Source: Clostridia bacterium (GTDB taxonomy: Bacteria; Bacillota; Clostridia; TANB77; CAG-508). Taken from it: 64,000 nt of DNA. The position numbers and the translations under genes are program-made. The notes below the pieces were generated by a model. The model made no database searches. It saw only the letters and a list, made by a program, of their open reading frames with translations, and was not told where the DNA came from. Within the stretch, counting starts at the first letter, position 1. Every line of letters begins with the position of its first letter. The DNA is taken from assembly GCA_017613275.1 (NCBI GenBank), contig JAGAED010000002.1, forward strand, positions 10,661 through 74,660, in the 5' to 3' direction. Shown piece after piece: positions 39,106 through 49,518 of the stretch.

Positions 39106-40128
39106 ATGGATGTAAAAGATTTTTACTATGATTTACCAGAAGAATTGATAGCTCAAACACCAATAGAAAAAAGAGACGAATCAAGATTGATGGTATTAAA
39201 TAGAAAAGAACAAACAATAGAACACAAAACATTTAAAGATATAATAGAATATTTAAAGCCAGGAGATGTGCTTGTTAGAAACAATACAAAGGTAATCCCA
39301 GCAAGACTTTATGGTAAAAAAGAAACAGGTGCAAATGTTGAATTCTTGTTATTAAATAATATAGAAGGAGACATTTGGGAAAGCATAGTAAGACCAGGAA
39401 ACAAACTCCATATTGGAACAAAAGTTATATTTGGAGATGGCCTATTACAAGCAGAAGTTTTAGATGTAATGGAAGGCGGAACAAGAAAGGTTAAATTCAC
39501 GTATAATGGCATTTTTAATGAAATACTTGACAAAATAGGTTTAATGCCATTACCACCATATATACATGAAGAATTAAAACAAAAAGATAGATATCAAACT
39601 GTTTATGCAAAATACGATGGTTCAGCAGCTGCACCAACAGCAGGTTTACACTTTACACCAGAACTATTTGAAAAATTAAAAGAAAAAGGTGTAGAAGTAG
39701 CAAATGTAACATTACATGTTGGAATAGGGACATTTAGACCAGTAAAAGTTGAAAAAGTTGAAGAACATCACATGCATTCAGAACACTTCTATATAAAACC
39801 AGAAGATGCAGAAATAATAAATAAAGCAAAACAAGAAGGAAGAAGAGTAATAGCGGTTGGAACAACATCATGTAGAGTTTTAGAATCAGTAGCAGATGAA
39901 AATGGTTTAGTAAAAGCAACAGAAGGAGATACGCAAATATTCATATATCCAGGTTATAAATTCAAAATATTAGATGGACTAATTACAAATTTTCACCTAC
40001 CAGAATCAACACTTCTAATGTTAGTTTCTAGTCTTGCAGGTAGAGAATTCATCATGAAAGCATACAAAGAAGCTGTAGCTCATAAATACAGATTCTTTAG
40101 CTTCGGAGATGCAATGTTTATTTATTAA
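39106..40128 (+). CDS. queA: S-adenosylmethionine:tRNA ribosyltransferase-isomerase
   Basis: [26 protein letters not shown]...[10 protein letters not shown]...[10 protein letters not shown]. Confidence 0.96.
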   Translation: MDVKDFYYDLPEELIAQTPIEKRDESRLMVLNRKEQTIEHKTFKDIIEYLKPGDVLVRNNTKVIPARLYGKKETGANVEFLLLNNIEGDIWESIVRPGNKLHIGTKVIFGDGLLQAEVLDVMEGGTRKVKFTYNGIFNEILDKIGLMPLPPYIHEELKQKDRYQTVYAKYDGSAAAPTAGLHFTPELFEKLKEKGVEVANVTLHVGIGTFRPVKVEKVEEHHMHSEHFYIKPEDAEIINKAKQEGRRVIAVGTTSCRVLESVADENGLVKATEGDTQIFIYPGYKFKILDGLITNFHLPESTLLMLVSSLAGREFIMKAYKEAVAHKYRFFSFGDAMFIY

Positions 40129-40143
40129 GTATTATGATTTAAT

Positions 40144-40264
40144 AGCAATATGTAAAACCCGCTCGTCCTTGTTGTCGCGACCTCCCTTATTGAAGAATGA
40201 CAGGTCGCTTCACCGCTCCGCTGCGCTACGCCTACGCGGACTCACTCACATTTTACATATTGCT
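40144..40264. repeat. GC-rich 93-bp insert (40158-40250) enclosed by a perfect 14-bp AT-rich inverted repeat; copy 2 of the repeat family
   Basis: Arms agcaatatgtaaaa (40144-40157) / ttttacatattgct (40251-40264). The core shares ccttgttgtcgcgacctcccttattg and caggtcgc blocks with copy 1. Internal hairpin gcgacct (40177-40183) / aggtcgc (40202-40208). Confidence 0.7.
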
Positions 40265-40281
40265 TATAAAAGTTAAAATAA

Positions 40282-41424
<1,143 letters not shown>

Positions 41425-41459
41425 AATTTCACTTGAAAATGTAAGGGGGACACACACGA

Positions 41460-42803
41460 ATGAATATATTTGATGAAGAATTAGTTAAACCAAAAAAAGA
41501 AAACAAATCTAAAAAAACAACAAAAATACTATTGGTTTTAATAATATTAGTAACAATAGCAATAATTGTTGTAATGTGTTTGATGGCTGCATTAAAGAAA
41601 AATCCATTGGTTGTAACATTAGATGAAAAAAATAATGCAGAATTAAAAAGTATTTTATTGATTGAAGATAATGATGTGAAAATTCCAATAAAAGAAATAG
41701 CACCTCTATTAGGTTATGATAGCTTTAATGGAGATTATATAAATAAGTCAGAAGAAACTGATAAATGCTATGTAGAGTCAAAAAATGAGATTGTAAACTT
41801 TGTAGCTAATTCAAACAAAATAGAAAAAATAGATCCTCAAACAATGGAGAGTTCATATTATGAAATAGATGAACCAGTAAAAAGCATTTCAGGTAAATTA
41901 TATATATCACCAAAAGGTATGACAAAAGCTTTTAACGTATATTATGAGTACGATGAAAAAAAGAATAAAATAATAATTCAAACAATGGAATATATCATAG
42001 GGTTATATAATAAAAAAGCCATAGAACTTGGATTTAAAGAGATTTCAAATGATTTTAATGATGCAAAGGCAAGTATAGATGACATTGTAATAACAATAGA
42101 TACCAAGGGAAAATATGGAATTTATGATATGGACAATAAAGAAGAACTATTAGAAGCTAAATATGATAAAATTTCATATATCCCAACTTCAAATGAATTC
42201 TTAATTACAAGTAATGGCAAAATGGGAATAAAAGATGCAAAAGGAAAAGATGTAATAAAAACAAAATATCAAGATATAGAATTGATAAGTCAAAGTTCTA
42301 AATTGTATATAATAAAACAAGATGATAGGTACGGAATAATTGATAAAAATGACAATGCAGTATTACCGGCAGTATTTGATAAAATTGGTATTGATTTAAA
42401 GAACTTTGATAAAAACAATTTAAAAAATAAATATATTTTATTAGATTATTTTATACCAGTTATGAGAGATAATAAGTGGGGACTATTTGATTTAACTGGA
42501 AAGCAACTTACAAAACTTTCTTATGATGGTTTTGGCTGCATAATCTCAAGTGGTAAAAATTCAAAAAGCACGATTGTAATATCAGATTATGATATAATAG
42601 TTGCAAAAAAAGATAAAAAATATTGCTTAATAGATAGAGAAGGAAAAGAACTGGGAAATGGAGTGGATTTTGAAGCTGTTTTTTTAGAAATAGAAGCCGG
42701 AAAAACCACATATTATGTTACAAGAAATGAACAAACAGTAGATTTTGAAAAAATAGCAGAAAAATTATTGAAAAAAATTACGAGCAATACAAATAATGAA
42801 TAA
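41460..42803 (+). CDS. Membrane-anchored WG-repeat (KWG-type beta-repeat) protein
   Basis: N-terminal TM helix followed by about 6 repeats of the type KGKYGIYDMDNKEELLEAKYDKI, DDRYGIIDKNDNAVLPAVFDKI, DNKWGLFDLTGKQLTKLSYD. Confidence 0.75.
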   Translation: MNIFDEELVKPKKENKSKKTTKILLVLIILVTIAIIVVMCLMAALKKNPLVVTLDEKNNAELKSILLIEDNDVKIPIKEIAPLLGYDSFNGDYINKSEETDKCYVESKNEIVNFVANSNKIEKIDPQTMESSYYEIDEPVKSISGKLYISPKGMTKAFNVYYEYDEKKNKIIIQTMEYIIGLYNKKAIELGFKEISNDFNDAKASIDDIVITIDTKGKYGIYDMDNKEELLEAKYDKISYIPTSNEFLITSNGKMGIKDAKGKDVIKTKYQDIELISQSSKLYIIKQDDRYGIIDKNDNAVLPAVFDKIGIDLKNFDKNNLKNKYILLDYFIPVMRDNKWGLFDLTGKQLTKLSYDGFGCIISSGKNSKSTIVISDYDIIVAKKDKKYCLIDREGKELGNGVDFEAVFLEIEAGKTTYYVTRNEQTVDFEKIAEKLLKKITSNTNNE

Positions 42804-42827
42804 AAAAAAGCACATAAGTGCTTTTTT
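42804..42827. terminator. Bidirectional terminator between convergent genes
   Basis: aaaaagcac-ataa-gtgcttttt. Confidence 0.8.
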
Positions 42828-43083
42828 AAATTGTCTGTTTTTTAATACCATCAACCACAAAACCACAGATAATAAAGTCTATCATAAAAGAAAGACTTAA
42901 TTTGAAAAGAGCTAAGCCAATATAATATGTAATAGGATTTGCAGAAGAAAATGTATATGTAAGTAAAATAATGCAGGAAATAACACAAAGCAAAAAACAA
43001 AACTTAAATCCATTTTTCATAATTTTATAAGTTTTCTTTTCCAAATTTTTAAAACTATCACAAAATAATTTAAAAAGATTCAT
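42826..43083 (-). CDS. Hypothetical 85-aa two-TM membrane protein
   Basis: ggaggg 6 nt upstream of ATG 43083. The longer ORF-track version (to 43332) would overlap the priA promoter and start, and is rejected. Confidence 0.5.
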   Translation of the reverse strand: MNLFKLFCDSFKNLEKKTYKIMKNGFKFCFLLCVISCIILLTYTFSSANPITYYIGLALFKLSLSFMIDFIICGFVVDGIKKQTI

Positions 43084-43148
43084 TGCAATCCCTCCAAAGA
43101 TAATAGTAACACCTTTAAGTAAAGAAAACAATGTAAATAAAATCCAAA

Positions 43149-43177
43149 TGACTTTTTGGGACACTTTCAAAAAGTCA
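43149..43177. repeat. Hairpin carrying the 15-mer actttttgggacact (copy 1, upstream of priA)
   Basis: tgactttttg (43149-43158) / caaaaagtca (43168-43177). The same 15-mer recurs at 45525-45539. Confidence 0.7.
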
Positions 43178-43203
43178 TTTGAAAGGTATAACCAAATTTC
43201 AGA

Positions 43204-43231
43204 TTGCATTTTTAAAAATATATGATAGAAT
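43204..43231 (+). promoter_or_regulatory. priA promoter (extended -10)
   Basis: TTGCAT 43204-43209, 16-nt spacer, TG-n-TAGAAT 43223-43231. Confidence 0.5.
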
Positions 43232-43251
43232 AAAGCAAGAAGGGGAGAAAG

Positions 43252-45516
43252 ATGGTAGCAGAAGTAATAATAAACAGATCGGCAAAAAAATTGAATAGAA
43301 CCTTTGATTATAACATACCAAAAGAAATGCAAGACTTTGTAATAATTGGTAGCAAAGTTTTAGTACCATTCGGAAAATCAAAAGAATTAGAAGAGGGCTA
43401 TGTTATTGGGATTAAAGAAAATTCAAATTATGAAATAAAAGATATTGCCAAAATAGAAGATAATTTAACAGATTTTCAAATAAAACTTGCTAAATGGATG
43501 GCAAGACATTATTTTTGCAATGTCTCAGACTGTATAAAACTAATGCTAACACCAGGGACAGGAAGAAAAGAAAACAAAGTTCAAGACAAAACAATCAATG
43601 TAGTTTATTTAAAAAAAGAGATAGAAGAAATAGAATTTGAAATTGAAACAAAAAAAATAAAATCAGAAAAACAAATAAGAATTTTAAAATTTGTAAAAGA
43701 CAATGAAGGATGTACAATACCTGAATTAGAAACATTTACAGACACATCAAGAGCAATAATAAATACATTGATAAAAAATGAATATTTAGAGTTAGTAGAA
43801 AAAATTATTGAAAGAAATCCACTAGAAAATAAAAAAATAGAATTAACTAAAAATTTAAAACTAACAGAAGAACAGCAACAAGCCTATGATAAAGTGGAAG
43901 AAAAAATCAATAATAATGAATTTAAAGAATTTTTGCTTTATGGTGTTACGGGTTCAGGAAAAACAGAAATATATCTTCAGTTAATAAAAAAAGTATTAGA
44001 GGTTGGAAAAACAGCAATAGTGCTAGTTCCAGAAATTTCATTAACACCACAAATGCTTGACAGATTTATTTCAAGGTTTGGAAAAGAAGAAATTGCAGTT
44101 TTACATAGCAAACTTTCAATAGGAGAAAGACATGATGAATGGAAAAAAATAAAAGAAGGTAAAATAAAAATAGTAATTGGAGCAAGATCAGCAATATTTG
44201 CGCCATTAGAAAACTTAGGGTTAGTAATAATAGATGAAGAACACGATAGTTCCTATAAATCTGAAACAACACCAAAATACAATGCAAAAGAAATAGCGGA
44301 AGTTATAGGAAAAGTGAATAAATGTCCGGTTGTATTAGGAAGTGCAACACCAGATTTAAACACATATTATAGAGCAACAATGGAGCCAAATCAAGATGAT
44401 AACAATACGGGAAAAAAAGAAACAATAGAACTTCTAAAACTAACCAAAAGAGCAAATGAATCAAGTTTACCAGAAGTTGAAGTTGTAGATTTAAAACAAG
44501 AACTTGCCAATGGAAATAGGTCAATGTTAAGCGTAGATTTATATTCAGCAATAGAAGAAAATTTGAAAAACAAACTTCAAACAATCTTATTTTTAAATAG
44601 GAGAGGCTACTCGACATTTATAATGTGTAGAGAATGTGGGTATACTGTAAAATGTCCAAATTGCAATATAAGCTTAACATACCATAGATTTGGGAATATT
44701 TTAAAATGTCATTATTGCGGGCATGAGGAAAAAGTAGTAACAACATGCCCAGAATGTGGAAGCTCAAAAATTAGATATTTTGGAACAGGAACTCAAAAGT
44801 TAGAACAAGAAATAAATAAATTATTTCCAAATGCATCAACAATAAGAATGGATGTAGATACAGTTACGAAAAAGAACTCACACGAAGAAATTCTTAACAA
44901 ATTTAAAAATGAAAATATTGATATACTAATTGGAACACAAATGGTAGTAAAAGGACACCATTTCCCCAATGTAACACTTGTAGGAGTAATAACAGCAGAT
45001 AGTTCTTTAAATATAGACGATTACAGAGCAAATGAAAGGACATTTCAAATACTAACGCAAGTTGCTGGACGAGCCGGAAGAGAAAACAAAAAAGGAAAAG
45101 TAATTATACAAAGCTACACTCCGGAAAACTTCAGTATAGAATGTAGCAAAAAACAAGATTATGAAATGTTTTATAAAACAGAAATTGCTTTAAGAAAACA
45201 GTTAAAATATCCGCCATTTTGTGATATATTATTAATCAGTTTTAATAGTACAAATGAAAAAGAAATACAAAATCTAAGTGCAAATATGTTTAATTACCTA
45301 AAACAGGAATTAAATGAGGAAGAGTTTAAAATTTTTAAACCAATGCCATGTCCGGTAGATAAAATACAGAATAGATTTAGATGGAGAATTATTGTTAAAG
45401 GGAACGTGGATGAAAAAACAAATGCGATACTTAACAAAGCTCTAAGAATTGTTTACAATCAAAATTTAAAAAACACAAGAGTAAGTATAGATGTAAATCC
45501 TAATAGTATGATGTAA
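43252..45516 (+). CDS. priA: Primosomal replication-restart helicase PriA
   Basis: Walker A GVTGSGKTE, DEEHD box, zinc-binding cysteine cluster CRECGYTVKCPNCNISLTYH...CHYCGH...CPECGS. Confidence 0.96.
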   Translation: MVAEVIINRSAKKLNRTFDYNIPKEMQDFVIIGSKVLVPFGKSKELEEGYVIGIKENSNYEIKDIAKIEDNLTDFQIKLAKWMARHYFCNVSDCIKLMLTPGTGRKENKVQDKTINVVYLKKEIEEIEFEIETKKIKSEKQIRILKFVKDNEGCTIPELETFTDTSRAIINTLIKNEYLELVEKIIERNPLENKKIELTKNLKLTEEQQQAYDKVEEKINNNEFKEFLLYGVTGSGKTEIYLQLIKKVLEVGKTAIVLVPEISLTPQMLDRFISRFGKEEIAVLHSKLSIGERHDEWKKIKEGKIKIVIGARSAIFAPLENLGLVIIDEEHDSSYKSETTPKYNAKEIAEVIGKVNKCPVVLGSATPDLNTYYRATMEPNQDDNNTGKKETIELLKLTKRANESSLPEVEVVDLKQELANGNRSMLSVDLYSAIEENLKNKLQTILFLNRRGYSTFIMCRECGYTVKCPNCNISLTYHRFGNILKCHYCGHEEKVVTTCPECGSSKIRYFGTGTQKLEQEINKLFPNASTIRMDVDTVTKKNSHEEILNKFKNENIDILIGTQMVVKGHHFPNVTLVGVITADSSLNIDDYRANERTFQILTQVAGRAGRENKKGKVIIQSYTPENFSIECSKKQDYEMFYKTEIALRKQLKYPPFCDILLISFNSTNEKEIQNLSANMFNYLKQELNEEEFKIFKPMPCPVDKIQNRFRWRIIVKGNVDEKTNAILNKALRIVYNQNLKNTRVSIDVNPNSMM

Positions 45517-45524
45517 TAATACAA

Positions 45525-45556
45525 ACTTTTTGGGACACTCCCCAAAAGTATTTTTA
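45525..45556 (+). terminator. priA terminator carrying the 15-mer actttttgggacact (copy 2)
   Basis: actttttggg-acact-ccccaaaagt (imperfect) followed by atttttat. Confidence 0.65.
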
Positions 45557-45665
45557 TGATTTTTAATATTACAATTATATTACATTTCTCATTAATTATT
45601 GAACAAGTTATATTTATTTGCTAAAATATAATAGTAAACCAACCAAAGAGAAAGAAGGTATAAAT

Positions 45666-47219
45666 ATGATAAATAATGTATCAAATAAAAAAACAAGTGG
45701 AATCACGCTAATTGCGCTAGTAATTACAATAATTGTTTTATTGATAATTGCGGGAATAACAATAAATGCAATTACAGGAAGTGAGTCTGCACCAGCTAAA
45801 GCTAACGAAGCAGAACAAAAAAATGATATAGGAATAGCAAAAGACCAAATTAGTTTAACAGCAGTAAATACTAAAACAGAAGCATATGAAACAGCATATG
45901 TAGGAGAAGGTATTTCAAGTACAGATGCTTCAAATTTAGTTGGAAGAACAGTAATAAAAGCAGTAGCAGAACATATACAATCAAAAAATCAATATGGTAA
46001 GGCAACAGTGGAAATAACAGGATTTGGAGATTTGAATGACATAACAAATGATGCATCAATAACAATAAGAACAAGAGATTTAAAAGTAACAGGTACAATA
46101 TTATTACAAGATGGCGTTTTGACATGGGGAGAAATAGGAGAAAGAACTGAAGAAGAACAATTGGAGTTGATTTCATCTAAAATAAATCAAGGAATTTTAT
46201 CTCCATTAACAGACGAAAATCCACACTCAATAAAATTGAAAGATGCTAAAGGAAATAAAATGGTTTTACCAGCTGGATTTGAAATATCAAGCTCAAATGG
46301 AGATGCGGCAAACGTAGCGGAAGGAATAATAATACAAGATGAAGCTGGAAACCAATTTGTATGGGTGCCAGTAGGAACAATAACCGAAGCAGATGGATCA
46401 AAAGTAACAATCCCATTAGGAAGGTATTCGAATTTTATATCAACTAATGGAAATTATACTCCGCTGCAGGGACTTACAAACGGAGGGTATACTCCAACTA
46501 CATCTGCACATTTAAGAGAGAGTTATTATTATGAATTTGCACAAAAACAACAAGGAGAAACAGGAGATAGTGAATCAATAACAATAACAAAAGCTATGAA
46601 TATCACTAATAAACCTGATGGATATGAAACAGAAAATACCAAGGCAAAGAATATCCGAAAATTTTTAGAATCTGCAAATAGAAATGGAGGCTTTTATATT
46701 GCAAGATATGAAGCTGGAATAAAGGGAACAGCTTCTTCAAATACAAGTGCATCACAAGGAGGATTAACCAAAAATAGTGCTACAAGTGGATATATAGTAT
46801 CACAGGCTGATAAAGGCGTATGGAACAAGATAAGTCAACTTAATGCTGCAACAGTTTGCCAAAACATGTATACAACTACAACGAACCCATATGTAACAAG
46901 TGATTTAGTGAATAGTTATGCTTGGGATACGGCAGTAATATTTATACAACAATGTGGTGGAGTAACTAATTATTATGTTAGTAGAGATTGTGATGGAATG
47001 TTAAAGAAAACAGGGAAAAAAGGAGATGATGTTTGTCATATAAACGATATGGCAAGTAATGTACGCGAGTGGACGACGGAGAGTTCTACCCTAAATAAAA
47101 ATCCTTGTGTAACCCGTGGCGGAAGTTACGGAAATGGTGCTGGAACATGTTCAATTGGAAACTCTGAAACAGGTTACAATGCTGAGAATATTGGATTTCG
47201 CCCAATTTTATATCTGTAG
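45666..47219 (+). CDS. Prepilin-like N-terminal helix fused to an FGE/SUMF1-like (formylglycine-generating-enzyme fold) C-terminal domain
   Basis: N-terminus MINNVSNKKTSG-ITLIALVITIIVLLIIAGIT resembles a class III (prepilin) signal but lacks Glu at +5. The C-terminus has GFYIARYEAG, NDMASNVREWTTE, VTRGGSYG and NIGFRPILY, typical of the FGE-sulfatase fold. Confidence 0.7.
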   Translation: MINNVSNKKTSGITLIALVITIIVLLIIAGITINAITGSESAPAKANEAEQKNDIGIAKDQISLTAVNTKTEAYETAYVGEGISSTDASNLVGRTVIKAVAEHIQSKNQYGKATVEITGFGDLNDITNDASITIRTRDLKVTGTILLQDGVLTWGEIGERTEEEQLELISSKINQGILSPLTDENPHSIKLKDAKGNKMVLPAGFEISSSNGDAANVAEGIIIQDEAGNQFVWVPVGTITEADGSKVTIPLGRYSNFISTNGNYTPLQGLTNGGYTPTTSAHLRESYYYEFAQKQQGETGDSESITITKAMNITNKPDGYETENTKAKNIRKFLESANRNGGFYIARYEAGIKGTASSNTSASQGGLTKNSATSGYIVSQADKGVWNKISQLNAATVCQNMYTTTTNPYVTSDLVNSYAWDTAVIFIQQCGGVTNYYVSRDCDGMLKKTGKKGDDVCHINDMASNVREWTTESSTLNKNPCVTRGGSYGNGAGTCSIGNSETGYNAENIGFRPILYL

Positions 47220-47272
47220 AGCTAAAGGTTTATTTTTCTGGACGTGTATAAAAAATACTAAAAACGTTAAGT

Positions 47273-47320
47273 AAACAACTGCCAATAATATTATATTTGT
47301 AGTTGTTTATTTTTTTATTT
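47273..47320 (+). terminator. Terminator after the pilin-like/FGE gene
   Basis: aaacaact (47273-47280) / agttgttt (47301-47308) around an AT-rich self-pairing loop, followed by atttttttattt. Confidence 0.6.
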
Positions 47321-47359
47321 AATCGAGCACTTGCAAAGTGCTCGATTTTATTATATAAT
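47321..47359 (+). promoter_or_regulatory. Hairpin aatcgagcac/gtgctcgatt whose loop carries the -35 of a def promoter
   Basis: Stem 47321-47330 / 47338-47347. TTGCAA 47331-47336, 17-nt spacer, TATAAT 47354-47359. Confidence 0.5.
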
Positions 47360-47399
47360 ATCTACTGGAAATAGTATTAAAAGAAGGAAGGAAATACAT

Positions 47400-47882
47400 A
47401 TGGCTATCAGACAAATACGCCAGGAGGGCGATCCGATTTTAAAAAAGAAATCTAGAATAGTAGAAAACATTGACGAGAAAATAATAGAACTAATTGACGA
47501 TATGATAGAAACAATGCACAAATACAACGGCGTAGGATTAGCTGCAGTACAAGTTGGAATTTTAAAACAAGTTCTTGTAATTGATATTGATGATGGAAAT
47601 GGTCCTGTTGCAATGATTAATCCTGTAATTATAAAAACAAAAGGAGCAGAAGAAATGGAAGAAGGCTGTTTGAGCTTTCCTAATAAATTTGCAAAAGTTA
47701 TAAGACCAACAGAAGTTACAGCAGAATATACAAATATAAAAGGAGAACGTATAAGAGTAAAAGCAAAAGAACTATTTGCACAGGCAATAGCGCATGAGGT
47801 TGATCATTTGAATGGAGAAGTTTTTGTAGACAAAATGGTGCCAGGGACGCTAGAATATGTGACACCAGAAGAGAATAAATAA
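47400..47882 (+). CDS. def: Peptide deformylase
   Basis: Motifs GVGLAAVQVG, EGCLSFP, HEVDHL. ATG 47400 lies behind aaggaagg; the ORF-track extension crosses a terminator. Confidence 0.96.
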   Translation: MAIRQIRQEGDPILKKKSRIVENIDEKIIELIDDMIETMHKYNGVGLAAVQVGILKQVLVIDIDDGNGPVAMINPVIIKTKGAEEMEEGCLSFPNKFAKVIRPTEVTAEYTNIKGERIRVKAKELFAQAIAHEVDHLNGEVFVDKMVPGTLEYVTPEENK

Positions 47883-47902
47883 AAAACAAAGGAGAAATAA
47901 AA

Positions 47903-48380
47903 ATGAATAATAATACTCAAAATAAACGGAATTACATTAATTGCCTTAATAGTAACAATTATTGTACTATTAATACTTGCGGGAGTAACATTAAATTCAT
48001 TAACAGGAGGCGATAATGCGCCAACAAAAGCAAATGAGGCAGACCAAAGAAATGATATAGGAACAGCAGCGGATCAAATAGGAATAGTAGTAGCAGATAC
48101 TAAAACTCAAAGCTATAGGAGAGTATATCAAGGAAATGAGATAAAAGTGGGAGAAGCGGAGGCAGTTGTTGGACAAGATGTCATAAATGCAGCTTTAGAA
48201 ATGGATGGAACAAGTATTGGAAAAGCTTCAATAGAAGTTAAACAATTAACGGAAAATGATAATCTTTATGATGCACAAATTAAAATTAGAACAAAGGATT
48301 TCTTACAAAGTGGTACAATATCACTAGATGGTGGAGTATTAACTTGGGGCGAGATTACAGAAATAACGACAGAAGATTAA
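47903..48380 (+). pseudogene. Short prepilin-like paralog of the 45666..47219 N-terminal module, with a 1-nt frame break after codon 8
   Basis: aaaggag RBS and ATG 47903 give MNNNTQNK. The +1 frame from 47928 then reads GITLIALIVTIIVLLILAGVTLNSLTGGDNAPTKANEADQRNDIG...DGGVLTWGEITEITTED, colinear with residues 12-175 of the upstream protein. That frame has no start codon before GTG 48147. Confidence 0.6.
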
Positions 48381-48425
48381 ATATAGAAATTATATTCAAA
48401 AAATTAAGAAATGAGGAAATAAAAT

Positions 48426-49370
48426 TTGAAAATTGTATTTATGGGGACGCCAGACTTTGCAAGAGAAAGTTTAGAAGCGTTATACAATAATGGACATGAA
48501 ATTCTGGCGGTTGTAACAAATCCAGATAAACCAAAAGGGAGAGGCATGAAAATGGTTGCCTCTCCTGTTAAAGAGTTTGCAATAGAAAAAGGATTAAAAA
48601 TATATCAACCAGAAAAAGTAAGAAAAAACGAAGAGTTTATAAATGAAATTAAATCATTAAATCCAGATGTAATCTGCGTTGTAGCTTACGGGAAAATCTT
48701 ACCACAAGAAATTTTAGATATTCCTAAAAAAGGTGCAATAAATGTACATGGTTCATTGCTACCAAAATACAGAGGAGCAGCGCCAATCCAATGGGCAGTT
48801 CTAAATGGAGATAAAACAACAGGTATAACTACAATGTACATGGGGGCTGGAATGGATACAGGAGACATGATTCTAAAGAAAGAAGTAGAAATTGGAGAAG
48901 ATGAAACAACAGGAGAATTATGGGAAAGACTTTCTAAAATTGGTGGTGAGCTTTTAGTTGAAACCTTAAAACAAATAGAAGATGGAACAGCACCAAGAAT
49001 ACCACAAGGTGAAGACTTTACAATGGCACCAATGCTAGATAAAGAAATGGCTAAAATTGATTGGGAAAATAAAACGGCTGAAGAAATTAAAAATCTAGTT
49101 CGTGGATTAAATCCAATAATGGGAGCATATACATTTCTAAATGGCAAAAAAATAAAATTCTGGAAGGTTCAAGTTGCAGGAGAGATAGAAGAAAATACTT
49201 CTTTGAAAAATGGAACGGTTGTGAAATCTGATTCAAAAGAGGGAATTTATATAAAAACAAAACAAGGAATTCTAAAAGTGTTAGAAATCCAGGGAGAAAA
49301 TGCTAAGAGAATGTCAATTCAAGATTATCTACGCGGGAATTCGATAAAACAATTCGAAGTTTTCGAATAA
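48426..49370 (+). CDS. fmt: Methionyl-tRNA formyltransferase (TTG start)
   Basis: KIVFMGTPDFA..., NVHGSLLPKYRGAAPIQWAV. Confidence 0.95.
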   Translation: MKIVFMGTPDFARESLEALYNNGHEILAVVTNPDKPKGRGMKMVASPVKEFAIEKGLKIYQPEKVRKNEEFINEIKSLNPDVICVVAYGKILPQEILDIPKKGAINVHGSLLPKYRGAAPIQWAVLNGDKTTGITTMYMGAGMDTGDMILKKEVEIGEDETTGELWERLSKIGGELLVETLKQIEDGTAPRIPQGEDFTMAPMLDKEMAKIDWENKTAEEIKNLVRGLNPIMGAYTFLNGKKIKFWKVQVAGEIEENTSLKNGTVVKSDSKEGIYIKTKQGILKVLEIQGENAKRMSIQDYLRGNSIKQFEVFE

Positions 49371-49414
49371 TAAAAAAAGATAATAAATATTCAAAAAAAT
49401 ATTGTAAAATCCAA

Positions 49415-49457
49415 CAAAAATTGATATACTTATAGCAAAATAAGTATATCATTTTTG
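49415..49457 (+). terminator. Intrinsic terminator after fmt
   Basis: tgatatacttat / ataagtatatca, 12-bp stem extended by A/T runs, then tttttg. Confidence 0.8.
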
Positions 49458-49518
49458 ATTTGCAAAAATTTTATAAATATGATATAACAATAAAAAAGAA
49501 AACGCATGAGGTGAAGTA

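Noticed and set aside
38714-39232. 172-aa and 76-aa minus-strand ORFs opposite the small charged protein gene and the queA start
   Set aside because: They are antisense to two genes that have strong RBSs. Their products are Phe/Leu/Ser-rich, and no RBS is present.
42826-43332. 168-aa version of the minus-strand membrane protein overlapping the priA start
   Set aside because: The only good RBS (ggaggg) serves the internal ATG at 43083. The longer form would cover the priA promoter, its RBS and 80 nt of priA coding sequence.
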